A stretch of 64,000 bases of DNA from an uncultured delta proteobacterium (lineage in GTDB: Bacteria; Desulfobacterota; Syntrophorhabdia; Syntrophorhabdales; WCHB1-27): positions 64,001-128,000 of the forward strand of contig CAWEPK010000008.1 of NCBI GenBank assembly GCA_963810935.1, written 5' to 3'. The notes under the pieces were generated by a model. It made no database searches, was not told the DNA's origin, and saw only the letters and a list, made by a program, of their open reading frames with translations. The position numbers and the translations under genes were made by a program. Each line of letters starts with the position of its first letter. Position 1 is the first letter of the stretch. This document shows positions 1-10,374 of the stretch, in pieces.

Positions 1-639
1 AAAGACCATAAACAACACGAGGAGTCTTCTTCGACGATAAGCGAAACCGAGCGCGAGGACACACAGACGGGCTACGAGGTCAGCAAATCGGTGCGGAAGA
101 TCGTCGAGCCCTTCGGTGACATAAAGCGGATATCCCTCGCCGTACTGGTAGACGGAAAATATGAAAAGGTGAAGGGAAAGAACGGCGAAGAGCTGAAGTA
201 CATACCGAGGACGCCGCAGGAGCTGAGCAACATCAAGAATATAGTGGCAAGGGCGGCCGGCCTCAACGACGAGAGGGGCGACAAGGTCGAGGTCCTCAAT
301 ATGCCCTTTGAAGTGGAGGTCATTCCCGAGGAGAAGACCCTGCTGAAACCCGAGAACAAAGAGCTGGCGCTCGGCCTGGGGAAATATGTGTTCTACCTGG
401 TGATAGTGCTCTGTGTCTTCATGTTCGCGCTGAGGCCCATGTTCGGCGCCATGAAGGGCAAGGGCGGCCCTGGCGCTGTTCATGTCAAAGACGTCTATGT
501 AAAGGCCCCGGTCGCAGGCGCTGTTGCCGCCGCCGCAATACCGGCCGTGGAAAAGGCGCAACCGGCGCTCTCCGAAGCGCTCAAAGATAAGGCACTCGTC
601 GGCTCGATAATTCATGAATGGGTAAAGGAGAATGCGTGA
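1..639 (+). CDS. fliF: Flagellar M-ring protein, 3' part (5' end outside window)
   Basis: Frame open from base 1; YEVSK...IKRISLAVLVDG...RGDKVEV motifs plus C-terminal TM helix; stop overlaps fliG start (TGATG). Confidence 0.93.
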   Translation, partial: KDHKQHEESSSTISETEREDTQTGYEVSKSVRKIVEPFGDIKRISLAVLVDGKYEKVKGKNGEELKYIPRTPQELSNIKNIVARAAGLNDERGDKVEVLNMPFEVEVIPEEKTLLKPENKELALGLGKYVFYLVIVLCVFMFALRPMFGAMKGKGGPGAVHVKDVYVKAPVAGAVAAAAIPAVEKAQPALSEALKDKALVGSIIHEWVKENA

Positions 640-1640
640 TGGAAGCTGCTGAAGACCTTTCGGGAGTAAAAAAGGCTGCAATACTTTTGCTTACAATGGA
701 CGAGGATCTCTCGAAGGAGATTATAAAGGACCTCGACGACGAAGATATAGAGGCGGTAGGGCAGGAGATATCCAAGCTCCGCATCATACCCGGCGAAGTC
801 GTCCACAAGGTCCACGACGAGTTCACGAAGAGGGCCGATTTGACGAAGAAGAATATGATCGGCATGGAAGACAAATTCAAGCTGCTCGTGCAGAGGAGCC
901 TGGGGATAGAAAAGGCGGAGATGTTCCTCGGCAATATAGAGGCGAGGAAATCGATGCCGGGTGAGTTCCTGAGGACCGCTGATGCAAAAATGCTCGCCAA
1001 CGTGCTGCGTGGGGAGCACCCCCAGACCATCGCCCTGGTCCTGTCGATGCTCAACGTCAAGAAGGCGCATGAGCTTGTCAGCCATCTTCCCGACAAAGTC
1101 CACTACGACGTCCTCACCCGGATGGCGTATCTCGAAAAGGTGGACAGGAAGATCATCAAGGACGTAGAGAACGTTCTAAGGGAACAGCTCGAAACTTCCG
1201 GCACCGTGGAAGGCAAGCAGCTCGGGGGTGTAGAGGCGGTGGCCGGCATAATCAACCAGATGGACAGGAAGATAGAAACGGAGCTGCTGACGAAGATCGA
1301 GGAGCACGACGCGGCCCTCGCCGAAAAGATAAGGATGCTCATGTTCACCTTCGAGGACATCCTGAGGATCGAAGACCGCGGCATGCAGACGCTGTTGAAG
1401 GAAGTCACCACCGAAGAGCTGGCTCTGGCGCTCAAAGGCGCATCCGACGCGATCACGGAAAAGATATACAAGAACATGTCGGAAAGGGCCTCCGGTATGC
1501 TGAAGGAAGACATGGAAGCAATGGGCCCCGTCCGTCTCTCCGACGTTGAGCGGGCGCAGGCCAAGATAGCCATGGTAGCGAAGAACCTCGAATCCGAAGG
1601 CAAGATTATGCTCGTGAGGGGCAATGAGAGATTCGTGTAG
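639..1640 (+). CDS. fliG: Flagellar motor switch protein FliG
   Basis: KKAAILL, EHPQTIALVLS, GGVEAVA, MFTFED, MGPVRLSDVE motifs. Confidence 0.97.
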   Translation: MEAAEDLSGVKKAAILLLTMDEDLSKEIIKDLDDEDIEAVGQEISKLRIIPGEVVHKVHDEFTKRADLTKKNMIGMEDKFKLLVQRSLGIEKAEMFLGNIEARKSMPGEFLRTADAKMLANVLRGEHPQTIALVLSMLNVKKAHELVSHLPDKVHYDVLTRMAYLEKVDRKIIKDVENVLREQLETSGTVEGKQLGGVEAVAGIINQMDRKIETELLTKIEEHDAALAEKIRMLMFTFEDILRIEDRGMQTLLKEVTTEELALALKGASDAITEKIYKNMSERASGMLKEDMEAMGPVRLSDVERAQAKIAMVAKNLESEGKIMLVRGNERFV

Positions 1641-2256
1641 GCATTCCGCACCCTTCAACTTCGACGACCTCTCCCAGGAAAGGAAGAAGCGGGCCGAAAG
1701 ACCGTTCGTGGCCCTTTTCAATCCGGAGGAGGCGGAAGCCGTTGAAGAAGAGCCGGAAGAGCAGCCCTTAACCGTCGAGGAACAGGCCAGGAAGGTCTTC
1801 GACGACGCGTACGTGGAGGGCGAAAAGGCCGGTCACGAGATGGGCATGAGGCGGGCCGAGCTGGTCGCAAAGAGGCTGGAAAAGCAATTGAACGAATTGA
1901 CATCGTTCAAGAAGACCCTCGAAGAGAAGTACGAAAAGCTGGCGGTCGAGCTGGCGCTCCTCTTCGCTGAGTCGCTCGTCCTGAAGGAATGCGAGGCGAA
2001 CAGAGATCTTATGGTAGGGATGATGAGGAAGGCGCTTCAGGCGTGTGAGGAAAGGGGCGAGATCATAATACGGGTAAGGAATGAGGACCTCAAGCATATA
2101 GAAGGCATCAACCAGGCCAACGTAAGGGTGATTAGCGACGACGCGCTCAAGGAGCCGGGGTTCGTGATAGAGACGTCCCTGGGCGACATAGACGGGAGGA
2201 TCGCCTCCCAAATCGAAGAGCTGAGAAACGCGCTGGTGGGCTATGTCGACGCATGA
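1624..2256 (+). CDS. fliH: Flagellar assembly protein FliH
   Basis: AxxxGxxxGxxxG repeat, C-terminal GFVIETSLGDIDGRI; lies between fliG and fliI. Confidence 0.88.
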   Translation: MRDSCRHSAPFNFDDLSQERKKRAERPFVALFNPEEAEAVEEEPEEQPLTVEEQARKVFDDAYVEGEKAGHEMGMRRAELVAKRLEKQLNELTSFKKTLEEKYEKLAVELALLFAESLVLKECEANRDLMVGMMRKALQACEERGEIIIRVRNEDLKHIEGINQANVRVISDDALKEPGFVIETSLGDIDGRIASQIEELRNALVGYVDA

Positions 2257-3565
2257 GGGCCTCCTGGAAGACGTAAAAGGGAAGCTCGCCGGCATATATC
2301 CCTACAGGATATATGGAAGGGTAAGCCAGGTGGTCGGCCTCGTTATAGAGGGCAAAGGCCCGCTGTCGTCCGTGGGCGACTCCGCCCTGATTTATCCCCT
2401 GGACGATTCAGCGCCCATCCACGCGGAGGTGGTCGGTTTCAGGGACGGGAAAACGATGCTCATGCCCCTCGGCGACTTACGGGGCATAGGCATAGGATCG
2501 AGAATACTGGCGAGAAAAAGCACGGTGAGCGCCCGCGCAGGAAGTGGGCTGCTGGGCCGCGTCATCGACGGGCTGGGCAACCCCATGGACGGGAAAGGGC
2601 CGCTGGACGCCGTCGAATCCGTACCGATCCACCAGGACACCACCAACCCGATGAAAAAGCGGCGCATCCGTGAGCCCCTCGACATGGGAGTGAGGAGCAT
2701 CAACGGCTTGCTCACATGCGGCAAGGGCCAGAGGATGGGCATCTTCGCAGGGTCGGGAGTCGGCAAGAGCGTGCTCCTCGGCATGGTGGCTCGCCATACG
2801 GAGGCACAGGTCAACGTCATAGGGCTCATAGGAGAACGGGGCAGGGAGGTACGGGAATTCATCGAGAAAGACCTTCAGGACGGCGCCGGCCACTCAATAG
2901 TCGTTGTCGCAACCTCGGACCAACCCCCCGTCATAAGGGTAAGGGCCGCCTTCCTGACCATCGCCCTGGCGGAATATTTCCGGGACCGGGGAAACGACGT
3001 GCTCCTTCTCATGGACTCGCTTACGCGCTTCGCGATGGCTCAGAGGGAGATAGGGCTGGCCATAGGCGAGCCTCCTACGTCGAAAGGCTATCCGCCGAGC
3101 GTATTTTCCCTGCTTGCAAAACTACTGGAGAGGGCGGGAAACGGGGAAGGGCAGGGTACCATGACGGCCATCTACACAGTACTGGTCGAGGGTGACGACC
3201 TGGACGACCCTATAGCCGATGCTGCCAGATCGATCCTGGACGGCCATATCGTGCTGTCGAGGAAGCTGGCAAACGAGAACCAGTATCCGGCGGTTGACGT
3301 GCTGAAAAGCATCAGCCGTATAATGAAGGACATCGTTCCGGCCGAGCAGACGGGCTATGCGGGCAAGTTGATCGAGATCCTGTCGGAGTATGAGAGGGCC
3401 GAGGACCTCGTCAATATAGGGGCCTATGTTTCCGGCAGCAACAAAAGAATAGACTACGCGCTTTCCATGATGGAGAAAGTTAGGCTCTTCCTGAGGCAGA
3501 AAGCCGACGAGAGGGCCACGCTTGAGAATACGATGGACAGTATGAGGATCCTTTTCTGTGCCTAG
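2243..3565 (+). CDS. fliI: Flagellar export ATPase FliI
   Basis: GIFAGSGVGKS Walker A, LLLMDSLTRFAMAQRE, GEPPTSKGYPPS. Confidence 0.97.
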   Translation: MSTHEGLLEDVKGKLAGIYPYRIYGRVSQVVGLVIEGKGPLSSVGDSALIYPLDDSAPIHAEVVGFRDGKTMLMPLGDLRGIGIGSRILARKSTVSARAGSGLLGRVIDGLGNPMDGKGPLDAVESVPIHQDTTNPMKKRRIREPLDMGVRSINGLLTCGKGQRMGIFAGSGVGKSVLLGMVARHTEAQVNVIGLIGERGREVREFIEKDLQDGAGHSIVVVATSDQPPVIRVRAAFLTIALAEYFRDRGNDVLLLMDSLTRFAMAQREIGLAIGEPPTSKGYPPSVFSLLAKLLERAGNGEGQGTMTAIYTVLVEGDDLDDPIADAARSILDGHIVLSRKLANENQYPAVDVLKSISRIMKDIVPAEQTGYAGKLIEILSEYERAEDLVNIGAYVSGSNKRIDYALSMMEKVRLFLRQKADERATLENTMDSMRILFCA

Positions 3566-4010
3566 CTTCCATTTCCGTTTCGACAGGTTGATAGAAGTGA
3601 AGGAAAAGCTCGCGGAGCACAAGCAGCGGGAGATGGAGATAACGGCCGCAGAGGCGGTGGCGCTCCAGCAAGAGGCAAGCTCCATAAGCAGGCAGATATC
3701 CAAACACTACGAAGAAATGGAATCGTGCTGCGTAAAGGGTGAAGAGTTCTCCATGTTCCTCGGGTCGGTACGCTACCTCGATATGCAGAAGGCCGCGGCC
3801 CTCAAGGAAAAAGCAAACAAAGAAGCGCGGGTCGATGTGCTCAGGGCGGAGCTTTTGGGCCTCATGGTCGAGGTTAAAGTGCTCGAGAAACTGAAGGTCA
3901 AGGCATATCGGGCCGCAAAAAAAGTCATTGCCAGGAAAGAACAAAAGATCATGGACGCCATGGCTGCGCGTTCCTCGGACCCTCAAAACGCGGGCGCCCT
4001 GCTCCGGTAG
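3558..4010 (+). CDS. fliJ: Flagellar export protein FliJ
   Basis: N-terminal FHFRFDRL, coiled coil, C-terminal EQKIMD; follows fliI. Confidence 0.85.
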   Translation: MPSFHFRFDRLIEVKEKLAEHKQREMEITAAEAVALQQEASSISRQISKHYEEMESCCVKGEEFSMFLGSVRYLDMQKAAALKEKANKEARVDVLRAELLGLMVEVKVLEKLKVKAYRAAKKVIARKEQKIMDAMAARSSDPQNAGALLR

Positions 4011-4051
4011 ACATCCCCATCTCCAAACTCGCAACTCTCTGAAATGCAGGC

Positions 4052-4083
4052 GGAAAATTCTTCCCCGCTCGGAATATTTTTCC
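4052..4083. promoter_or_regulatory. Two GGAA-N5-TTCC palindromes, putative sigma54 enhancer
   Basis: GGAAAATTCTTCC (4052-4064) and GGAATATTTTTCC (4071-4083); motif recurs before cheB and flgF. Confidence 0.55.
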
Positions 4084-4150
4084 ACAGCCGCGCTTTCCGG
4101 AAACAGGCGCGCTGCTCCGTTTTCCCGCACAGACAGGGCTTTGTTGCACG

Positions 4151-4165
4151 TGGCACGCTTCTTGT
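4151..4165 (+). promoter_or_regulatory. sigma54 -24/-12 promoter for fliK-flgD-flgE
   Basis: TGGCACGCTTCTTGT versus consensus TGGCACG-N4-TTGC. Confidence 0.7.
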
Positions 4166-4178
4166 TTAAGAAGCAGTT

Positions 4179-5734
4179 ATGGAACAGACCCTCATGAGTC
4201 TGATCAATGCAGCAGCCAACGTCGAGACAACCACTGCGACGAGCCAGGCATTCTCTTCGTCGGGCGCGGGAGGACTCTTCGCCGATCTGCTCAGCAAGGC
4301 AGTCAGTGAAGGCGGCAACGCCGCTGCAACCTCCGCCTCGGATGCCAATGGGGCGAAGACGCCCTTCGACCTCGCCGAGCTACTGGCCGCCCTTGTCGGC
4401 AAGGGCGGCAGCGACCTCTTCGAAGCGCTCCAGTCGGCTTCGGCAAAAAATGTCACAAGCGGCGTCACGGAAACATCGGACGTACGTGCGAGGGCGAGCG
4501 CTGCCTCAAACGGCGCAGGGGCAACCGGGACGGCGCAGGGAAAAGCTTCGGACACAGTAAAGAGCGGAAGCAGCACAAACCCGGACCTGCAAAACCTCCT
4601 TATGGGATTGCTTGCGCTCGTTATGAAGGATAGCGCAGGGACCGCAGAGACGTCAGGCACGACAACGGACGAAGACACCGGCGACGATAAAACGGCAGCG
4701 GACGCGGCGGCGGCATCTCAGACGGCGGACGCAACGGCGGCCGGCGATAAATCGAAGCAGGACGGCCAATCGATCCTCCAGGCCCTCGGTCTCCTGCTCT
4801 TCGCCGCCCTCGAGGCGGCCGGGGCTGCGCAGAACGGGGCCGTAGCAGTGGGCGGACAGGCCGAAGGCCGGACGCAGGGCGAGACGGAGCAGGCCCAGGG
4901 CAATGCGACAAGCGCGAGCCTCCTTGTGTCCCAGGGCCGGACGGGTCTTGCCGGTAAGTCTGCCTCAGGCGCTGTAGAGGCCGGTTCGGCGGGACCCAGC
5001 CGGAGGAGACGGACGTCGCGGCGTATGCAGCCGCGGCCGCGCAAAAGTCACCGCCCCAGGACGAACGGACTGCCGCCCCCGGGATGGTGACGGTCTCCAC
5101 CGCCATCAAAGAAAACGACACAGCTAAAAACAACGTTACGCTGACGATAAATAGCGTGCAGAATATAAACGGCCAGGCGCTGACGGTGGTCAAAGAGTTG
5201 GCGACCACGATGGATGCGGGCGGCGGGACAGGATCGGACGGCAACGGGACCGGCAAGGAAAAATCGGCTGACCGTGACGTTTACCCACTGACCCCCGACA
5301 ACGGCAGCTCCGCAACGAGCGTGTCCGCACAGGAACAGACGTCGCCGGGAACGGCCAATGTGTCGGGCAGCATCGAGAGGTTCGACAAGGTCATCGAGCA
5401 GCTCGCGGGCAGAAGCGGCTCACACGACCTGACCGTCAGGCTCACCCTCGATAATAACGAGAGCCTCGTCCTGGGTCTTAAAGACCTCGGCCAGAGCATA
5501 ACCGTAGACGTCAGGTCCTCGGACCAGGGGATGATCGGCCTGCTGCAATCGCAGAAGGACACCATCATGCAGCACCTCGACAGCCAGGACGTACGCGCGC
5601 AGATCGTGATCGACCCCAACGCATACGGAACACCCGATCAGAAGGGAAAGCAGCAAGAGGCAAGGCAAAGGAGTTTTACGCCCCGAAGGCAGCCAAGCGC
5701 TACTTTCGGTGCGTTTCTTGAGACATTCGCGTAA
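4179..5734 (+). CDS. fliK: Hook-length control protein FliK, split by a 1-nt frameshift between about 4958 and 5087
   Basis: Ala/Ser/Thr/Gly-rich N-terminal ORF (4179-5090) plus C-terminal T3S4-like ORF (5084-5734); directly before flgD. Confidence 0.75.
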
Positions 5735-5746
5735 AGGAGGAAACAA

Positions 5747-6361
5747 ATGTCAACGGTAGCTTCCTCGACGAACACCGCCAACACAACGAATACCGCAACG
5801 AGTTCCAGCAACGCCACTCTCAGCCAGAACGATTTCCTGCAGATCCTGATGACCCAGCTCCAGAACCAGGACCCCTTGGATCCCACGGACACGAACAGCT
5901 TCGTACAGGAGATGTGCCAGCTCACATCGACACAGGCGATCACGCAGATGCAGACGGACTTCAGCAACCTCGTGAGCAGCCTCCAGAACAGCAGTATGGG
6001 GCAGTGGGCTTCCACGATAGGGGACTACATGCAGGTAAGCAGCACATCGATCTCCGAGGGCGACAAGGTCACGCTGAGCCCGACCGGGAGCTATGACAGC
6101 CTCAGCCTTACGCTGAAGGATTCGTCAGGCAACGAGACGACCAAGACGTTCAGCTCCACCGATACGCCGACATATAGCGACACGGACGGAAACTATACGA
6201 TCGTGAGCGCCAGCCAGACGACTAAGGGCGTATCCACTACATGCAATTACAACGTCTACCGGGTCATATCGGCGATCCAGGGCGGCACGTCGGGCACGTC
6301 CCTCGTCGCAAGCGACGGCACGGCCTACGCTACGAGCAGCATAAATCAGATAGTCCAATAG
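5747..6361 (+). CDS. flgD: Flagellar hook capping protein FlgD
   Basis: DFLQILMTQLQNQDPLDP motif; SD AAGGAGG. Confidence 0.93.
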   Translation: MSTVASSTNTANTTNTATSSSNATLSQNDFLQILMTQLQNQDPLDPTDTNSFVQEMCQLTSTQAITQMQTDFSNLVSSLQNSSMGQWASTIGDYMQVSSTSISEGDKVTLSPTGSYDSLSLTLKDSSGNETTKTFSSTDTPTYSDTDGNYTIVSASQTTKGVSTTCNYNVYRVISAIQGGTSGTSLVASDGTAYATSSINQIVQ

Positions 6362-6378
6362 GAGGAGAGGAGGATACC

Positions 6379-8250
6379 ATGCTCAGTTCACTCTATTCAG
6401 GCATAAGCGGACTTCTGGCGAATTCGGACGCGCTGGATGTCATAAGTAATAACATATCCAACGTGAACACGGTCGGCTACAAGTCACAGGGCGCCCAGTT
6501 CGAGGACCTGCTCTACCAGACCATCGTGGGCGCAAACGGCACCTCCCAGGTAGGCAGGGGCGCCGCTCTGGAGTCGGTAAATACGGACTTCTCGCAGGGG
6601 TCCTTCGAGACGACAAACTCCAGCACCGACCTCGCCATCGGCGGGCAGGGGTTCTTCATCGTGAATAAGCCCGACAGTGATACTCCGTACTATACGAGGG
6701 CGGGCAGCTTCACGCTCGACAAGAACGGCGACTTGGTCGACGACGCGGGCGATTACGTCCAGGGAAAGAGCATCGACCAGTCGACAGGCACGGCCTATGG
6801 CGTAGACGGCAACATCGTCATATCGCAGCAGCCGAGCGAGCCGAAGCCCTCGTCGACGATCGATATGGTCGTCAATCTCGACGCAGGCTCCGCGTGGGCG
6901 GGCAGCGCGAGTATTACGAGCGGGTCTCTTGTCACCAACATCGCGGCAGCGAGCGGACATTATCCTACGTCGGGCAATTACAGCGTTTCCGTCACTGGCG
7001 CCGCGACCGACGGCTCTTATCCCATCGCGCTCACCCTACCCGACGGCTCTACGGTCTATGGCTCCGCGACGGCCGACCAGAGCGTAAGCGATTTCGTCGG
7101 CAATACGAAGGCGGACGGGAGCGGCACTTCGGTCGATACAGGGCTCAGCCTGACTTTCGGCACGCTGTCGTACAGTCCGTCGTTCGCCGAAAGCGGCGTC
7201 GTCACTGAGGCGGCTGCTGCGACGGGCGACTCGCCCGGGGCGGGCACATATACGATCACCGTTACGGGCGCAGCGGTAAACGGCAGCTACCCTATCTCGA
7301 TCCAGATGCCGGACGGGACGACGCTTACCGGGACGGCCGCTAACGGGACCGTGAGCGACCTGGTCGCGACGGGCGGGACCGATACGGGGCTCAGCCTCAC
7401 GCTTTCCGGGTTGAGCTGGAATGCCGGTACGAGTACGGGCAGCACCGGTACGGTCACAGTCAGCGGGAGCGGCGCCACTGCTTTGGCCATCGGTGGCTTC
7501 GACGCCACTTCGGCGAGCTCAATGTCGGCCACGTCTAATTATTCATCTTCGATAACGGTCTATGATTCCCTCGGAACAGCTCACGTCGTCACAGCCTATT
7601 TCAGGAAAGACGACTCGAACTCCTCGGGCGCCACGTGGGACTGGTACGTGGAACCGCAGAGCGGCGATTCCATCACGTCGGGCGGTTCTGGGACCCTCAC
7701 GTTCAACAGCAGCGGCACTTTGATAGCCGGCGGGGCGGCCCAGCCTACGACCTTCAACTTTGCCGGCGCGCAGACGGGACAGGTGGTGAACCTCGTGTTA
7801 GGTTCGGCCTCAGGCGAAGGCTCGACAACGCAGTACTCGTCGACTACCTCCTCTAACACGGTCTATCAGAGCCAGGACGGCTACGCGCCGGGCGTGCTCC
7901 AGAGCATCTCCGTAAGCCAGGACGGCGTCATATCGGGAAGCTACGACAACGGCCAGAGCCTGAAGCTATACCAGCTAACCCTTGCTGACTTCAGCGACCC
8001 GCAGGGCCTTTCTTCGGACGGCGGCAACCTCTACTCTGCGACGCTAAGCTCCGGAGACGCCTACACCTCGGTGCCCGGAGCGGACGGCATGGGGAAGATC
8101 AGCGCGAACTCCCTTGAGGAATCGAATGTGGACCTCGCGACCCAGTTCTCACAGATGATTATCGCGCAGAGCGGCTACGAGGCCAACTCGAAAGTCATAA
8201 CGACGACCGACGAGTTACTCCAGACCCTGATGAACATGAAGACCACGTAA
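6379..8250 (+). CDS. flgE: Flagellar hook protein FlgE with inserted duplicated domain
   Basis: ISNNISNVNTVGYK, TDLAIGGQGFF, YTRAGSF, YDSLG, LEESNVDL; SD GGAGG. Confidence 0.96.
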   Translation: MLSSLYSGISGLLANSDALDVISNNISNVNTVGYKSQGAQFEDLLYQTIVGANGTSQVGRGAALESVNTDFSQGSFETTNSSTDLAIGGQGFFIVNKPDSDTPYYTRAGSFTLDKNGDLVDDAGDYVQGKSIDQSTGTAYGVDGNIVISQQPSEPKPSSTIDMVVNLDAGSAWAGSASITSGSLVTNIAAASGHYPTSGNYSVSVTGAATDGSYPIALTLPDGSTVYGSATADQSVSDFVGNTKADGSGTSVDTGLSLTFGTLSYSPSFAESGVVTEAAAATGDSPGAGTYTITVTGAAVNGSYPISIQMPDGTTLTGTAANGTVSDLVATGGTDTGLSLTLSGLSWNAGTSTGSTGTVTVSGSGATALAIGGFDATSASSMSATSNYSSSITVYDSLGTAHVVTAYFRKDDSNSSGATWDWYVEPQSGDSITSGGSGTLTFNSSGTLIAGGAAQPTTFNFAGAQTGQVVNLVLGSASGEGSTTQYSSTTSSNTVYQSQDGYAPGVLQSISVSQDGVISGSYDNGQSLKLYQLTLADFSDPQGLSSDGGNLYSATLSSGDAYTSVPGADGMGKISANSLEESNVDLATQFSQMIIAQSGYEANSKVITTTDELLQTLMNMKTT

Positions 8251-8260
8251 CAACCACGGT

Positions 8261-8304
8261 AAGGGGGGCGGGTGGGCATAGGCCCGTCCGCCCCCCTTTA
8301 TTTT
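8261..8304 (+). terminator. Intrinsic terminator after flgE
   Basis: AAGGGGGGCGGGTGGGC-ATAG-GCCCGTCCGCCCCCCTT stem followed by TATTTT. Confidence 0.8.
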
Positions 8305-8360
8305 GCCTGCACGCGTCACGCATGTCCCCCAAGTATCTTCCTATCCCGCAAGTCACGCAT

Positions 8361-8374
8361 GTCAAGAAAGTGAC
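8361..8374. promoter_or_regulatory. FleQ-like enhancer box upstream of fliL
   Basis: GTCAAGAAAGTGAC resembles the FleQ site GTCaNTAAAtTGAC; about 110 bp upstream of a sigma54 promoter. Confidence 0.4.
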
Positions 8375-8485
8375 GGAAGTCGCTCCCAACACCAACACCT
8401 GAAAGGCCTCGGAAGCACGGACCGCGCCGCGTCTCATCGTCCATATCCCCTTTAATAGAGCGGGTTTACAACGATCTAAGCGCAC

Positions 8486-8501
8486 TGGCATACATATTGC
8501 T
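8486..8501 (+). promoter_or_regulatory. sigma54 promoter for the fliL operon
   Basis: TGGCATACATATTGCT, GG-N10-GC. Confidence 0.8.
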
Positions 8502-8527
8502 GTTTCGTGTCCCAAGGAGGATGGTAA

Positions 8528-9031
8528 ATGGCTGAAGCAGAGACACAGGAAAAGGCAGCGCCCGAAGCAACCGAAAAGCCCGCGAAAGGGAAGAAAGGGC
8601 TCATCAAGATGCTCATAATCGTGCTCGCAGCGCTGGGGATCGCAGGCGCCTGTGGGTACTACTTCTACGGAAAGAACGCGCTGGCGCATGCCTCGAAAGA
8701 GAAGGCCGAGAAGAAGAATGAAAAGGTCGAGGTAGGTCCCATCGTCTCATTGGAGCCTTTCATCATCAATGTCTCCGGCGATTCCTCCAAATACGTCAAG
8801 ATCTCGGTTGCCCTCGAGCTGAAAAACGAAAAGGGAGTGGAGCACGCAAAGAAGATCACGCCTGTCATCCGCGACGTCATGCTGGGCGTGCTGGGCAGCA
8901 AGACACCTGAGACATTCATCGACGTGACCGGGCGGAACGCGATAAAAAAGGAACTCTTCACGACTGCCGACCGGCTCTTTGCGGACAACGGTCTAAAAGC
9001 GGTCTACATAACCGACATCGTCATGCAGTAG
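8528..9031 (+). CDS. fliL: Flagellar basal body-associated protein FliL
   Basis: Single N-terminal TM helix, LEPFIINV, PVIRD, C-terminal VYITDIVMQ. Confidence 0.92.
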   Translation: MAEAETQEKAAPEATEKPAKGKKGLIKMLIIVLAALGIAGACGYYFYGKNALAHASKEKAEKKNEKVEVGPIVSLEPFIINVSGDSSKYVKISVALELKNEKGVEHAKKITPVIRDVMLGVLGSKTPETFIDVTGRNAIKKELFTTADRLFADNGLKAVYITDIVMQ

Positions 9032-9042
9032 GAGCGATTAAC

Positions 9043-10053
9043 GTGGAGCAATTACTTTCCCAGGAAGAAATCGACGCCCTTCTCAAGGGGATCTCCGAAG
9101 GAGACGTGGAGACGGGGACTGAGGAAATGGAGGCGGAGGCAGAGGGACAGGCCGCAACGGAAGCGGTGCGCGTGCCGGCCACCGCGCAACTCCTCGATTT
9201 CGCAAAGTACACGAAGGTCAGGAAGGAGAAGCTGATTTCTCTGGACTTCATAAACGACCGGGTGTCGAAGTCCCTGCGGTCCGCTCTCACGCTGTTCCTC
9301 GAGAGAGAAGTCGAGATAAACGTCGGCCCGTCGCAGTACCTCGAATACGGCGAGTTCATCAAGACGCTCCCGCTGCCCACGAATATGAACATCGTCACGA
9401 CGGACAACCTCAAGGGCTTCTTCATCGTCATCTTCGACACGAAGCTGATCTTCTGCGTCCTCGAGACGGTATTCGGCGGAAGCAGCGTAACGGCGCCGAA
9501 AATAGAGGGCAGGGAGTTCACCAAGATTGAGTTTAACGTCATAAAGAAGCTGGTCGATATCGTCTGCACGGAAATGGAGCGCGCCTGGGAGCCGGTCTAC
9601 GAGATAAGATGCAGTTATTCGAGGTCGGAGATAAACCCCAATTACGTCACAATGGTCTCGATGGAAGAGACGATTGTTATGACGGAGTTCTCCATAGAGA
9701 TAGCCGACATAGCCGGTTGGATGAAGGTCTGCATACCTTACGGGATACTCGATACGATAAAGGACCACCTTCTGACGACGCCCTCGCGCGAAGACCTGGA
9801 GATGAGGCAGAAGTGGATGCAGAAACTGCGCGACCGCGTGAAGGAGGTGCCCCTCAACCTGAGGGCCGTTCTCGGCAAGAAGAAGCTCACCGTCGAGGAG
9901 TTCCTGAAGATCAAAAAAGACAGCCTGATCGTGACCGATACGCCCGTGGACGAGCCCATCGACGTTCGCATCGGAAACAAGACGAAGCTCAGAGGCAGCA
10001 TGGGCATCCATAAGGGCAGCAAGGCAGTCAGGATCGAGCAGATAGTTTATTGA
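9043..10053 (+). CDS. fliM: Flagellar motor switch protein FliM
   Basis: LSQEEIDALL CheY-binding peptide, REFTKIE, C-terminal SpoA domain. Confidence 0.95.
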   Translation: MEQLLSQEEIDALLKGISEGDVETGTEEMEAEAEGQAATEAVRVPATAQLLDFAKYTKVRKEKLISLDFINDRVSKSLRSALTLFLEREVEINVGPSQYLEYGEFIKTLPLPTNMNIVTTDNLKGFFIVIFDTKLIFCVLETVFGGSSVTAPKIEGREFTKIEFNVIKKLVDIVCTEMERAWEPVYEIRCSYSRSEINPNYVTMVSMEETIVMTEFSIEIADIAGWMKVCIPYGILDTIKDHLLTTPSREDLEMRQKWMQKLRDRVKEVPLNLRAVLGKKKLTVEEFLKIKKDSLIVTDTPVDEPIDVRIGNKTKLRGSMGIHKGSKAVRIEQIVY

Positions 10054-10065
10054 GAGGTGGAAGTG

Positions 10066-10374
10066 ATGGAGCAATTCGCTGAAGAAAAACAGTCCGGCAA
10101 CGGAGAAGGCCGCGAGATGAGCATCGACAGTCTGCTCGACATCCTGGTCGAGATCTCTGTGGAGATAGGAAGGACGAAGATGCCTATAGGCGAGCTGCTT
10201 TCCGTGGGCAGAGGATCGATCGTCGAGCTGAACAGGCTGGCCGGTGAGTCAGCCGACATCTACGTGAACGAGAAGCTCGTCGGGAAAGGAGAGATCGTAG
10301 TGGCGAACGAGCGGCTGGGCGTCAGGGTGCTCGAGATAGTGACCCCGAAAGAAAGGGTCCAGAAGCTGGGCTGA
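10066..10374 (+). CDS. fliN: Flagellar motor switch protein FliN
   Basis: LLDILVEISVEIGRT...GEIVVANERLGVRV SpoA domain. Confidence 0.93.
   Translation: MEQFAEEKQSGNGEGREMSIDSLLDILVEISVEIGRTKMPIGELLSVGRGSIVELNRLAGESADIYVNEKLVGKGEIVVANERLGVRVLEIVTPKERVQKLG

Noticed and set aside
6379..8250. Spirochete-type lysinoalanine cross-linking in FlgE
   Set aside because: FlgE contains no Cys
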